Positions 18,601-27,901 of a stretch of DNA of 64,000 bases are shown here, one piece after another; the stretch's first letter is position 1, and every line of letters begins with the position of its first letter. The position numbers and the translations under genes were made by a program. The notes under the pieces were generated by a model. The model saw only the letters and a program-made list of their open reading frames with translations. It did not search any database and had not been told where the DNA came from. The DNA comes from Trueperaceae bacterium (GTDB lineage Bacteria; Deinococcota; Deinococci; Deinococcales; Trueperaceae), in assembly GCA_965213705.1 (NCBI GenBank), contig OZ243913.1, positions 3,072,001-3,136,000 on the forward strand. Direction: 5' to 3'.

Positions 18601-21600
18601 AGAAGTCCGGCTGCAGACGCCCGCGGGCGACGCGACGCTGCCGTTGACGGGGTCTCTGGAGGGGCTCGAGCTGGGCGGCACCCTGCCCGCGCCGGTCGCC
18701 GCAAGCTTGCTCGGGTCACCCGTGGCTGTAACCGGCGACCTGGAGGTTGCGGCTCGGGCGCAGGTTGGCGGCGGGTTGACCTACGCCGCCACAGCCGCCT
18801 GGCAAACGCCCCGCAGCACGCTGACGGCGCAGCTTGACGGCGCCGGCACAAACTTCAATATCACGGCGGCGGGCGGCGGCCTCGACCTCCGTTACGGCCC
18901 CGACGGGTTGAGCGTGCAGGCCGACGGTTTTCAGCTCGAGCCGTTTCTGGGCGCGGCGGGCGTGCAGGGCAGTCTGAACGGCTCTTTGCGGCGCACGCTC
19001 ACGTTGAACGAAACCGGGGCGGGTTGGGACGGGGTGCTCACCTTGGACACGCGTGCGCCCGTTGCGCTCCAAGCAGTGCTCAGCGGCGCGGGTGAACGGC
19101 TCGAGCTGTCCACCGACTACGACGCGGACGCCCTGAACGCCCGAGCCGTAGGTACGCTCCTGCCCACGCTCGACCTCGCGCTGAGCGGCGCGTTCCGCGA
19201 CTTGGCGACGCTCCAGGGGCGGGTTGGCGGCACCCTCACCCGGCCCGCCGTGGCCGCCACACTGACGACGAAACCGCTGGACGTTCAGGGGGGCCTCGAG
19301 CTGAGCGTTCCCGCTCAAACCCTGACGCTCACGGCCGACTTCGGAAACGGCTTGAACGCGCCCGGTTTGAACGCGACCGGCCTAAACGCGACGCTGCAGG
19401 GTGACGCGCTCGAGCTTGAACTTTCCGAAGGCGGTTTGCAAGGCGCGCTCAGGCTGCCCTTCACCTTGGCGGGCGCAGAGGAAGTGTTGAGCGCGGAAGT
19501 CGGCGGCACCCTCAGTCGTCCGAGCTTGGACGGCACCTTGGTGGGCAACGTCGCCAGCGGCCCGGTCAGGGTCGCCGACGGCCGCTTGACGACGACCCTG
19601 AACCTCAGGCCTTCACCCTTACTGGGCGGCCTGCCGCTCGACGCGCCCGCGCTCACGGTGGCGTTCACGGGGGCGTTCGAGGGCGCGCGTGACCTGGCTT
19701 GGCAGGCGCAGGTCGAAGGTTCGGCCCAGTTCCAGGGTCTGCCGCTGGCGCTGGGCGGCACGCTTTCGGGTGAGGGCGCAAGCTACCGCGGAACCGTGAG
19801 CGCGACCCTCGCCGGGGAGAGCGTGCCGCTCACCGTGGCTGGGCAAGGTAGCGCGGTGCAGGTGCAAGCGAACCTCGAGGCTTTCAGCTTGGCGAGCTTG
19901 GCACCCGCCCTGCCCGTTCCCGTGACCGGGACGCTCGGCGGCACCCTCGACCTCGACACGCGCGCCCCACAACTCCTGTCGTTCGACCTCACAGCTTCGG
20001 GAGCGGTGCGGGGCCGCGGGTTCGACCTTACGGCCGAACGTACGGAAGGTGAACTGAGCGTCACAGGCGACGTTGCGGGCGCACCCTTCACGCTCGGTGA
20101 CGAAACGGGCGCTTACTCGTTCACCCTCGGCTCGAGTACGGACCTCTCGAGTTTGGCGGGACGGCTCGAGCTTGCCCCCGCGCTCCGTTTAGACGTCTCA
20201 GGACAGTATCTTGCGCAACCCCTCACGGCGACGGCGGCTTACGCGACTTCGGACGCAAGCTCTGGTACGGTGACCCCCGACACGGCGACCCCTGACACAG
20301 CAACCTGGGCGGCGGCGGTCGGCGACGCGACCGTTTCGGGCGACGCCAGGCGGGTCGGCGGCGTTTGGACGTTGCAAAGCGTCGTGAACAGTCCGGCCGA
20401 CGGCGTTTTGCCCTTCCAGGGGCGAGCCGAGGTCGCGGCGCGGGTCGAGGGCGGCAACGTCACCTTGGACACGCTCACGGCGAACACGGCGCTCGGCGGG
20501 CGCGCGGTCGGGCTCGAGCTGTCCGGCCCCGCCTGGCCCGCGCCCGAGCTGACGGGCGGGCTGGAGGTCGCCGGTTTCGGGCGCGGCGACCTCACCTTGA
20601 GCGGCGCCGCGCCCGGTTACGACGTCGCCCTGAACTACGACGGGCTCGTGTTAGCCGCCGCACTCACTCCGGGGTTGGCCGTTGAGACCGTCACGCTCGG
20701 CGGTGCGGGCACCTTGCCCGTCGGCGGGGGCGTCCCCCTGACCTCCGACTTGACCTGGACGGCGGCGGGCTTCAGCGGCAAGGCCGGCGCCGACCTCTCG
20801 TTCGGCAACCTCAGCGCCAACCTGACCGCCGTCGGCACCGGCCCGCTCGGGGTGGCGGGGCGCGCGACGTACCGGGGCCGGGGCGAAAGTCAGGAGGTGG
20901 CGCGGCTCGAGCTGGCCCTTTCCGCCAACCCCTTCGCCCGGCCCGGTCTGAACGGCCACCTCGCCTTGCAGGGTGACGTTGGACGGTTTCTACCCGCTTA
21001 CCGAACCCTCACCGCGACGCCGACGACCCTCACTGGACGGCTCGACGTTTCGGGCGAGGTGACGCGGCCGCGCCTCAGCGGCCCCGTGACCCTGCAGGGC
21101 GCGCTCGCTGCGGCGGGAGCGTTCGTTTGGGACGGGGCTGTCGGGCGGCTCGAGCTGTCCGGGGACGGTCTGGACGCGACCGCGGCGCTCCGCGCGAGCG
21201 GCTGGAGCGTCGCGGCGCGGGCCGACGGCCTCGACCTCACACCTCTCCTGCCCCAACTCGACGCACCCCGGCTCGGCGCGACGGTCACCGGCTCCGGCAG
21301 CTGGGGCGAGCCCGTCCTGCAAGTCGACGGCCTCACCCTGCAAACGCCGAACGGCTCGCTTGCCGGCGACTTGACCTACGACGGGGCGTTGAGCGGGCGG
21401 CTCGAGACCGACCTCGCCCTCGGCGACCTGAACCTCGGCCCGGCGCTCCGGGGACGCCTGACGGGCGACCTCTTGCTAACCGGCGATTCGGGCGGCTCCG
21501 ACCTCACCGGGACGTTGCAAGCGGTCTCGCTCGGGCTTGACGAGCAACCCGCCGTGCTTGACGGGCAAAGCGCCGGGCTTGACGGCACTTTGGTGGTGAG

Positions 21601-24600
21601 GGGAACGCTGGCCGCCCCCGACCTGAACTTGAACCTGCGCGGGGTGGGCGGGGCGAGCGGCACGCTTTCGGGTAGGTTCGCGCCGAGCCAAGGCAGCTAC
21701 GCGCTGACGAGTACCCTGACGCTGGGCGACTTGGAAAGCGACTTTGCCGTGAGCTTGAACGCCGCGAGCCCCGACGGTGTGAAACTCGGTGCCAGCGGTG
21801 AGCTGGCCTACCGCGACTACGCCGTCACGCTTCGCGGCGCGGCGGCCGGCGGCGATTTGACCTTGACCGGCCGTGACCGCCTGGAGGGCTGGCACCTCGA
21901 CCTCGTTCCAGCGGCGGCGCGGCTCGAGGTGCGCGGGCCGCTGGCCGGTCTCGCCGACGCGCTTGCCGGTAACCTGGCGCTCAGCGCCGCCTGGCCGCCC
22001 GCGGACGGTTGGCTCGGCGGCGGCGTGAGCGGTTTGGCGGTAGGGCCGCTTCAAGTCGGCGACGTGGCCTTGGCCTCGAGCGGCGCACGCACCTTGACCC
22101 TGGCCGGCGACCGCCTCGCCGCCACGGTGGCGTTGCGGGGGGGCGTCGCTTGGAGCGGTTTTACTTGGGACGTCGCGCGCTTGGACGCGGAACTGCCCGG
22201 GAATTTGGCGATAAGGGCCGCGGGCCGAGGCACCCTGACCAGCGCCGACTTGAGCACTGTCGTAAGCGCCCAGGTGCAGGGCGAGTCTTTGCAGGTTCCC
22301 GCCGACCTGAGCTACAACCGGGGAACCGTCACGGTAAAGAGCGACGCCGACGCGCTCGGCGGGCACGTCTTCCTGAACGCGCGCGGCTCGGCTGCAGCGG
22401 GCTGGCAGGGCGAGCTGGCGGTCGAAGCCAGCCTGAGCGGGGTCACCGCCAGCCTCGAAGGCACCCTGAGCGGAGCCTGGCAAACGCCCGAACTGGCGGC
22501 GGCGCTGAGGGTCAGCCCCGCGGCCTCGCCGACTACCGTTTTCAGCGGGACCGTGACGGCTTCTCCCGCTTCGCTCAGCCTGACAGGCGACCTGACCTCG
22601 CCGCTCCTCGAAGAGTCTTTAAACCTCGCGGGCACTTTTGCGGCCGAGCCCGCGCTGACCTTGCAAAAGCCTGACGGCGAAACCCTGACGCTGAGTACCC
22701 AAGACGGCTTACTGACGGCCACAGGCGCGCTCGAGCTGGCGGCGGGGCCGGTGCGCGCCCGACTCGCCGCCCTACCCGGCGCGGCCGCCGGTGAGGCCGG
22801 GCTGGCGCTGACCCTCGACGTGCCGAGTCTGGCCGGCCTCACCTTGGAGAGCGCGTTGCCCCGCGTAGCTCCGGCGGACTTGCCGGAGGTCCTCAGCGGC
22901 GGCCTCGTGTTTCGGGGCGGCCGGGACTCCCTGGACGGCACCGGGGGTGGTACCAGCAACACCGAGGGCAGCGTCGTGGTGAACGTCGCCGGGGCAAGCG
23001 CCGACGTGCGCGCGCTGAGCTTTGAAACGCCCGACGGTCGCCTCGAGCTGTCCGGCACCGTCGCGCCGCGCACCAGCCGCCTGAGCGGACGCTGGCAGGG
23101 CGCGGCGTCGGCGTCGGCCACACTGCCCTGGTTGGCGTCGCTGACCGACCTGAGCTTTGAAACCGAGCTGACCGGTGCCGAGCTGAAGGCGAGCGCGACC
23201 GGGAACGGCAGCCACCTGGACGCCCGCTACAGTTTGGAGACGCGAAACGGCGCGCTGGACGCGGCGCTCGACTTGCCCACGGGCAGCGCCCGCGCCACGC
23301 TCGTTTACGACGCCGCGCGCGGTCCGAGCGGCAGCTTGGCCTTTGCGGACTTCCCGCTGTTTTCAGGTCCCACGACCGGCGACGCTCACTTGGGTGCGGT
23401 CCTAACGCTCACACCCGAGGCGCTGTCCGGCACGGCCGACTTGGAGTTGGCCGGCGGAAACCTCACCTTAGACGGCAGCCTCGGCCTGGCAAGCGTGCTG
23501 CCGGGCGCGGTCGTGCCGCTGGGTGCGAACAGCCAAGACGTCACGGCGCGGCTCACGGACTTCGGCGTGGAAAACGTGCCCTGGGCGGCTCGGGTTCTGC
23601 CCTACGTGAGCGCGCCGCTGACCGGCACCGCCGCGCTGCGCGGTGGCAAGCTGTCGGGGCGGCTCACCGCGCCGGTCACGGTGACGGAAGAAACGCTGCC
23701 GCTGACCCTTACCCTCGGCGGCGCGTTCGGCGCGGTGGAGGCCGAAGGCACGTTGGGGCGGAGCACGTTCAAGCTCAGCCGTTCGGGCGGCACCGTGGCC
23801 GGGTTGGTGCGCTTTGTGGACTTTCCTTTGGACGAGGCCGTCGCGGCGGTCGCCGGGCCGCGCGAGGTGAGCGCGCAACTGACCGGCGCGCTGCGTTTCG
23901 AGGTGCCCGGAGGGGTGCTCGAGCAGAGCTACATCCGCTTTTCGAGCGAGCGCTTCGTGTTGGAAGAGGGCGGCGTCTCTACAGAAGGCGACCTCAGTTT
24001 CGACTTGGAAAACGGCGCGCTGACCGTCCAGAGAGCGTCGTTCGAGGGCGTCGGCAGCTGGCAGGCGAGCGGCGTCGCGTCCCGCAACCGCCTCGACCTT
24101 CGTTTCGACGCCCAAGACGCCGACTTCAGCCCGCTGTTGCGGCTCGTCCCGCAGTTGGCCGGGCTGAACGTGGGCGCGTTCGGCAGCGTACAACTCGTCA
24201 CCAGCGGCAGCCTGGTCAACCCGGTGGTGCGGGCCAGCAGTTCAGAGTTGGAGGTGCGTCTGGGCGGCTCGGCTTACCGCTTATTGGACACCGGGTTGAC
24301 CGTGCAAAACAGCGACTTCGTCACGTCGGGGCGGCTGGACGGCGTCGCGCCGCTGACCGGCAGCCTCGCTTTTACCGGCGGCGGCCAGGTCAAACTCGCC
24401 GCGCCGCGCCGCTTCGACCTCGGTTTACGCTTTGCAGGCAACCCCGAGGTGCCGGTTTTGGGCACCCTGGAGAGTGTCGAGGGCACGGTCAGCGTGCGGC
24501 CCGGTGAGCCCTGGCAAATTGCCACGACCGGCGTGCTCGGCAACGATTTCCAACTGTCGGGCAGCCTGAGCCCGCTCGACCTGCGCCTGACGGGTGAGGG

Positions 24601-25927
24601 CCTGAACCTGCGCGCGCCGCAGTTCTTTTTAGCCTCGAGCCTCACCGACGCCGACCTGCGCTTTTTTCGCGCGGACGGCTACCACTTAGCGGGCGCGCTC
24701 CAGGTTCGGCAAGCCGAACTCGACTTGGAAAGTCGCAAGACCGCAGCTACCCCGCCGGAAGCTTCAGCCAATGAAACCTCAGCCGACGAAACCCCAATCG
24801 ACGAAACCCCACCAGTCGACGAAACCCCGGCCGACGAGGCCGCGAGCAGCCCACGCGCGCGCAGCCCCTTTTTGTCTCGTCTGACCTTTGACGACCTCAG
24901 CTTGAGAGCGCCGCAGCAAATCAGCTTTGCGGAGAACTTCGGTTCGGGCGAACTCGGCAACGTCGACCTGGTTTTGAGCGGGACGGCCGCGCAGCCGCGT
25001 TTGAGCGGCGCGGCGCAAGGGCTGCGCGGCACGGTGCGTTTTGCCGGGCGCGACTTCGCCCTGGAAAAAGCGCTCGCCACCTTTGAGCCCGCTCAGGGCC
25101 TCTACCCGACGCTTGACATTGCAGCTACCACCCAGTTCGACAAGCTGCAGGTGCTCGCCGGGCTCGCCGACCGGGTCAGCTTTGTCGAGCCGCGGAGCGG
25201 CAACGATTTCAACGTCACCTTGAGCCTGACCGGCGGCGTGGTACCCAACCCGGCACCCGATCCGGACGCGCCGAAACCGTTCAAGGTCGACGTCACCCCG
25301 AGCTTGAGCAGCGACGCCGTCATCGAAGTCAGCGGTGCCCGGGGGGGCGAGGCGAGCGGCGAAAACCTCGCGGCCGGAACCCGGCCCCTGAGCGAGCCCG
25401 AACTGTTTTCGCTGCTGACTTTGGGCAAGCTCGAGCTGTCCCCCGAATTCGCCCGAGGCGGCCTAGCGACCTCGCTCGCCCAAGGCGCACTCGACACGGC
25501 CGTCGACTTTCTCATTTTGTCCGAACTGCAGCGCGGCCTGGGCGACGCCCTGGGCCTCGAGTTGCTGGAAATCCGCACCACGCCGCTGGGGTCACTGTTG
25601 ACCGGCGACAACGAAGCCTTCGGCGTGTCGCTGCGCTTGGGCGGCTACCTCAGCGACGAGGTTTTTGCCAGCTACGAGGTCGGCAGCTTGGGCGTCGGCG
25701 CGGACGTGTCGCTGCGCAACCAGTTCGACGTTCGCTACAGTCTGGGCGCGCTCGAGTTCAACCTGGCGGGTCGGCTCGACTTTTACCGCGACGCCGGCTT
25801 GGAACCCCTGCCCGAAATCGACCTCAACCTCGCCTACGCGTTTTCGCCGCTGGTCCGGCTCGAGACGGGCATAGACCTCTCGACCGCCAAACAGGGCGTG
25901 CGCTTCGGGGTGAGCCTGCGCTGGTAA
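15623..25927 (+). CDS. Giant TamB/AsmA-like protein (about 3434 aa)
   Basis: N-terminal membrane anchor (WSLPVLVAGLLLALYF), long G/L/T/A-rich beta-strand repeats, C-terminal TamB-like region (LSGTAAQPRLSG..GTVRF..YPTLDI..LSS), ending in a beta-strand ..GVSLRW. Confidence 0.85.
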   Translation: MDVQTPAPTDHPGPPRFLKWSLPVLVAGLLLALYFAPQLPAVRGWLLSQVDSAVPAGYSLDYSSSGGNLWSGIEFGGANVDGPGLAVEADTLSLGYSLPALLTGRLPVSVTAEGVRGRVALKDLTVGGSGRGSNAAPVRPVLRDLSLKDVNLRLVDVPYTLPDLNVTNLQARPVGDAFRAEATLKTAEGEAVVNGTLALNPLRFTADVPRLDARVARQWWRGITGGTLAGTVSYADGRLRADASLRDGSLDFLGETASGIQGDVAYENATVRADLTGAALGGEVTAAGSVDVAALRWSAEAVGTVNLRDAVLWLAAGRVPVDVSDVGLSGSAQTRLSAEGWRDFTLDGAATGAGDVAGYALEDLQVDYSFDSDTGARVDATANLAGGDVTASLTPQADGFSFDFGGAGVQLSPAVRADLEVALTRSPGGLAGTTEAALTGTLLDQALNVTLGGVFKPDVVQASVDGTALGGPLTGAGSLQGGAVAARLELPGAVLPGLKRPVGLELSATGPADALPLTFTLTTPEPTGLVLGPLTVPKDIGGQASATLRGTRLEDLSGRFGTLTVAGDLGPDASGNLSYSLANTPLSGVVQGEASVDGVLTLADRVLESKATVTSSDLRLANLTLPPLAAAELEVRRADTWTATLTAPDETFKLGYGGGDDGGDDGDALRVTTADYPVTVAGQALTLTGTGKLAAADPLGSLDLALNTQTPFGDVTLTGGAAALRYTLETPTLGPGSQLTGTANLLERTTSLSGRLGALDVAGTGRWDDSLDGTLTVEGGGEKLELRVRGQPAQPSLALTGRLPLNLVGDLFGVTASGTVNADLVRTGSLYQEGRYRDGRYQGSAEVVGTLASVPVGLRFLGEGDTLGVTGDVTPFAVPLSLSGRLLPTIELNGASELGRVALVETGLTGAGTVPGGTFAGFTLEPQPWTLAGDLAAGTATLSLPETASSVRVDRGAAGWRATLDLAQTLARGDSAVSVETSGTLAAGSAVRGEVRLQTPAGDATLPLTGSLEGLELGGTLPAPVAASLLGSPVAVTGDLEVAARAQVGGGLTYAATAAWQTPRSTLTAQLDGAGTNFNITAAGGGLDLRYGPDGLSVQADGFQLEPFLGAAGVQGSLNGSLRRTLTLNETGAGWDGVLTLDTRAPVALQAVLSGAGERLELSTDYDADALNARAVGTLLPTLDLALSGAFRDLATLQGRVGGTLTRPAVAATLTTKPLDVQGGLELSVPAQTLTLTADFGNGLNAPGLNATGLNATLQGDALELELSEGGLQGALRLPFTLAGAEEVLSAEVGGTLSRPSLDGTLVGNVASGPVRVADGRLTTTLNLRPSPLLGGLPLDAPALTVAFTGAFEGARDLAWQAQVEGSAQFQGLPLALGGTLSGEGASYRGTVSATLAGESVPLTVAGQGSAVQVQANLEAFSLASLAPALPVPVTGTLGGTLDLDTRAPQLLSFDLTASGAVRGRGFDLTAERTEGELSVTGDVAGAPFTLGDETGAYSFTLGSSTDLSSLAGRLELAPALRLDVSGQYLAQPLTATAAYATSDASSGTVTPDTATPDTATWAAAVGDATVSGDARRVGGVWTLQSVVNSPADGVLPFQGRAEVAARVEGGNVTLDTLTANTALGGRAVGLELSGPAWPAPELTGGLEVAGFGRGDLTLSGAAPGYDVALNYDGLVLAAALTPGLAVETVTLGGAGTLPVGGGVPLTSDLTWTAAGFSGKAGADLSFGNLSANLTAVGTGPLGVAGRATYRGRGESQEVARLELALSANPFARPGLNGHLALQGDVGRFLPAYRTLTATPTTLTGRLDVSGEVTRPRLSGPVTLQGALAAAGAFVWDGAVGRLELSGDGLDATAALRASGWSVAARADGLDLTPLLPQLDAPRLGATVTGSGSWGEPVLQVDGLTLQTPNGSLAGDLTYDGALSGRLETDLALGDLNLGPALRGRLTGDLLLTGDSGGSDLTGTLQAVSLGLDEQPAVLDGQSAGLDGTLVVRGTLAAPDLNLNLRGVGGASGTLSGRFAPSQGSYALTSTLTLGDLESDFAVSLNAASPDGVKLGASGELAYRDYAVTLRGAAAGGDLTLTGRDRLEGWHLDLVPAAARLEVRGPLAGLADALAGNLALSAAWPPADGWLGGGVSGLAVGPLQVGDVALASSGARTLTLAGDRLAATVALRGGVAWSGFTWDVARLDAELPGNLAIRAAGRGTLTSADLSTVVSAQVQGESLQVPADLSYNRGTVTVKSDADALGGHVFLNARGSAAAGWQGELAVEASLSGVTASLEGTLSGAWQTPELAAALRVSPAASPTTVFSGTVTASPASLSLTGDLTSPLLEESLNLAGTFAAEPALTLQKPDGETLTLSTQDGLLTATGALELAAGPVRARLAALPGAAAGEAGLALTLDVPSLAGLTLESALPRVAPADLPEVLSGGLVFRGGRDSLDGTGGGTSNTEGSVVVNVAGASADVRALSFETPDGRLELSGTVAPRTSRLSGRWQGAASASATLPWLASLTDLSFETELTGAELKASATGNGSHLDARYSLETRNGALDAALDLPTGSARATLVYDAARGPSGSLAFADFPLFSGPTTGDAHLGAVLTLTPEALSGTADLELAGGNLTLDGSLGLASVLPGAVVPLGANSQDVTARLTDFGVENVPWAARVLPYVSAPLTGTAALRGGKLSGRLTAPVTVTEETLPLTLTLGGAFGAVEAEGTLGRSTFKLSRSGGTVAGLVRFVDFPLDEAVAAVAGPREVSAQLTGALRFEVPGGVLEQSYIRFSSERFVLEEGGVSTEGDLSFDLENGALTVQRASFEGVGSWQASGVASRNRLDLRFDAQDADFSPLLRLVPQLAGLNVGAFGSVQLVTSGSLVNPVVRASSSELEVRLGGSAYRLLDTGLTVQNSDFVTSGRLDGVAPLTGSLAFTGGGQVKLAAPRRFDLGLRFAGNPEVPVLGTLESVEGTVSVRPGEPWQIATTGVLGNDFQLSGSLSPLDLRLTGEGLNLRAPQFFLASSLTDADLRFFRADGYHLAGALQVRQAELDLESRKTAATPPEASANETSADETPIDETPPVDETPADEAASSPRARSPFLSRLTFDDLSLRAPQQISFAENFGSGELGNVDLVLSGTAAQPRLSGAAQGLRGTVRFAGRDFALEKALATFEPAQGLYPTLDIAATTQFDKLQVLAGLADRVSFVEPRSGNDFNVTLSLTGGVVPNPAPDPDAPKPFKVDVTPSLSSDAVIEVSGARGGEASGENLAAGTRPLSEPELFSLLTLGKLELSPEFARGGLATSLAQGALDTAVDFLILSELQRGLGDALGLELLEIRTTPLGSLLTGDNEAFGVSLRLGGYLSDEVFASYEVGSLGVGADVSLRNQFDVRYSLGALEFNLAGRLDFYRDAGLEPLPEIDLNLAYAFSPLVRLETGIDLSTAKQGVRFGVSLRW

Positions 25928-26022
25928 ACCGACTCGGCGGCTACAAACAGCTTTCGCGCATTACTTTTGCGACAAGGGTGGAAAAACCTCCACCAAGTTT
26001 GTGCAGCGTATGATTGCCGAAC

Positions 26023-26517
26023 ATGACGATACGAACCCTCACGCCCGCGGACGTAACGGCCTACCGAAGCCTCCGCTTAGCCGCTCTGGGGGAGCAACCG
26101 CCCGCGTTCGGGACGCCGCTCGAGAGGGAAGAACGGCTTCCTCTCGAGACGCTGGCTTTACGCCTTCAACCAGCCGAGGACAGCTATCTTCTCGGGGCTT
26201 TCGTAGACGACGCCCTCGTCGGGACGGTTCGCTTTGCGCGTTTTGAGGAGAACGAGAAACACCGCGGCTTGGTTGCGGGTCTCTACGTCGCACCGGACTT
26301 TCGGGGACGGGGGATTGCGCGGGCGCTTTTGAGCGAAGTGCTGGTGAGGGCTCGAGCCTTACGGTTGCGCAGGCTTCACCTCACCGTCGTCACGGGTCAA
26401 AACGCCGCCGTCCGACTTTACGAGTCGTTCGGCTTCAGCATCTATGGCACGGAGCGCGAAGCGTTTTCCAACGGGGGCCGATTTTATGACGAGTATTTGA
26501 TGGAACTGGTTTTGTAA
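26023..26517 (+). CDS. GNAT family N-acetyltransferase
   Basis: LYVAPDFRGRGIARALL acetyl-CoA motif; AVRLYESFGF. Confidence 0.92.
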   Translation: MTIRTLTPADVTAYRSLRLAALGEQPPAFGTPLEREERLPLETLALRLQPAEDSYLLGAFVDDALVGTVRFARFEENEKHRGLVAGLYVAPDFRGRGIARALLSEVLVRARALRLRRLHLTVVTGQNAAVRLYESFGFSIYGTEREAFSNGGRFYDEYLMELVL

Positions 26518-26672
26518 GTCTAAGCACCGTGAGTCCGGAAACTGGCAGATACCACGTAGATTATCTATACTGTTCCGACAAGAAGCAGTACCCATCCTTC
26601 AAAGCTCAGGGGTTGTTCGTTCAGTGTGTGAATTTTATATCATCTTGCTAGAATGGTTTTGCGGAGGAAATT

Positions 26673-26990
26673 ATGGCGAAAAAAGAACCCACCTCGAAAC
26701 ACGACCGGCGAGGGATTAAGAACGACGAACAAGGGAACAAAGCTTTCAACAAAAGCGTAGCATCGGGGCGTCTGGTCAGGGAGAAGTCGGGCAATATAAG
26801 CATGGCGTATCCCAAGCGCCATCCAAAAACGGGTGTTCGCGTTAGCGAAAGCGAGCAGGCCGAGACAAAAGCTCGAGCGAGTCTCATGCTTGAATTCCTA
26901 GACGAGCTGGCGTCGTCACCAATGCCCCCTCGCACAGCCGAGGAAATCGAGGCGGACGTTCGTACCGAGCAAAATGCTTGGGATGAGTGA
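26673..26990 (+). CDS. Putative antitoxin of a VapC-type toxin-antitoxin pair
   Basis: GGAGG RBS; GTGA overlap with the PIN gene; acidic C-terminus RTAEEIEADVRTEQNAWDE. Confidence 0.65.
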   Translation: MAKKEPTSKHDRRGIKNDEQGNKAFNKSVASGRLVREKSGNISMAYPKRHPKTGVRVSESEQAETKARASLMLEFLDELASSPMPPRTAEEIEADVRTEQNAWDE

Positions 26991-27385
26991 TTTACCTGGA
27001 CAGCTGCATCGTCATCTACCTTGTCGAGAAACACCCGATTTACTATAGACACCTCAGTAAGCTATTCAGGGACAACGTTGACAAGGGGTTCGCTACGTCG
27101 TCGCTGGTAGCGCTGGAATGCCTGGTCGGCCCTTTAAAGCGTGGCGACGAGGCGCTCGAGGCCCGGTTCGGTAAATTTTTCGCGGCGACCAGACATCTTC
27201 ATCTTAGCAACGACGTTTACCTGGAAGCAGCCCGAAAGCGCGCGCAACACGGCATAAAAACGCCCGACGCCCTGCATTTGTCGACAGCAGAAATTAATGG
27301 TTGCACCGAGTTCTGGACTAACGACAATAGGCTGGAAAAAGCGTCACCCATTGTGAAGAACATACTCGACGACTCGAGTGCTTGA
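26987..27385 (+). CDS. vapC: PIN-domain VapC family toxin
   Basis: MIYLDSCIVIY, ..ALECLVGP, TPDALHLSTA, FWTND acidic PIN residues; lower GC than flanks. Confidence 0.9.
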   Translation: MIYLDSCIVIYLVEKHPIYYRHLSKLFRDNVDKGFATSSLVALECLVGPLKRGDEALEARFGKFFAATRHLHLSNDVYLEAARKRAQHGIKTPDALHLSTAEINGCTEFWTNDNRLEKASPIVKNILDDSSA

Positions 27386-27535
27386 CTTCGGTCTTGATAC
27401 TTTCATCCCGAACGTACTTGAGAAACCGTTGAGGTGAAGGAGACTTTCCTTCTCCCCTACCAAACTACTGCTTCCACCGCATTCACACCCGGTCGGCCAG
27501 CGCTACAAACTCCAGCAGGCAGGTCAGCGCAAACT

Positions 27536-27862
27536 CTAAAGCCGCGCCATCTCGTCCAGGGCCAGCACGAACACGACCGCCCCGCCGACCTTGACTTCGA
27601 CCGGTTCCGCGTAGGCACTTTCACCGCCGTTGAAGTACTGGTTGGACGGCGCGAGCTTGGTGCGCTCTTTGCACACTTTGTGGATAAGCGCCTTGACGTG
27701 CCAGACTGCCGTGTCCTCCACGCCGATGAGGAAGGTCGTGTTGCCTTCGCGCAAAAAGCCGCCCGTCGAGGCCAACTTTGTCGACTTGAAGCCCTGACGG
27801 GTGAGTTCTTGCCGCAGCTTGGCGGCGTCGTTGTCCTGGACGATGGCGACGACGAGTTTCAT
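27536..27862 (-). CDS. darA: PII-like cyclic-di-AMP receptor (DarA/PstA/YaaQ family)
   Basis: MKLVVAIVQD..TKLASTGGFLREGNTTFLIGVED..VEVKVGGAVVFV. Confidence 0.9.
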   Translation of the reverse strand: MKLVVAIVQDNDAAKLRQELTRQGFKSTKLASTGGFLREGNTTFLIGVEDTAVWHVKALIHKVCKERTKLAPSNQYFNGGESAYAEPVEVKVGGAVVFVLALDEMARL

Positions 27863-27901
27863 GTTCCCCTCCCCGCTCGAGCCCTCGTTCTGTCTTCGTT
27901 T

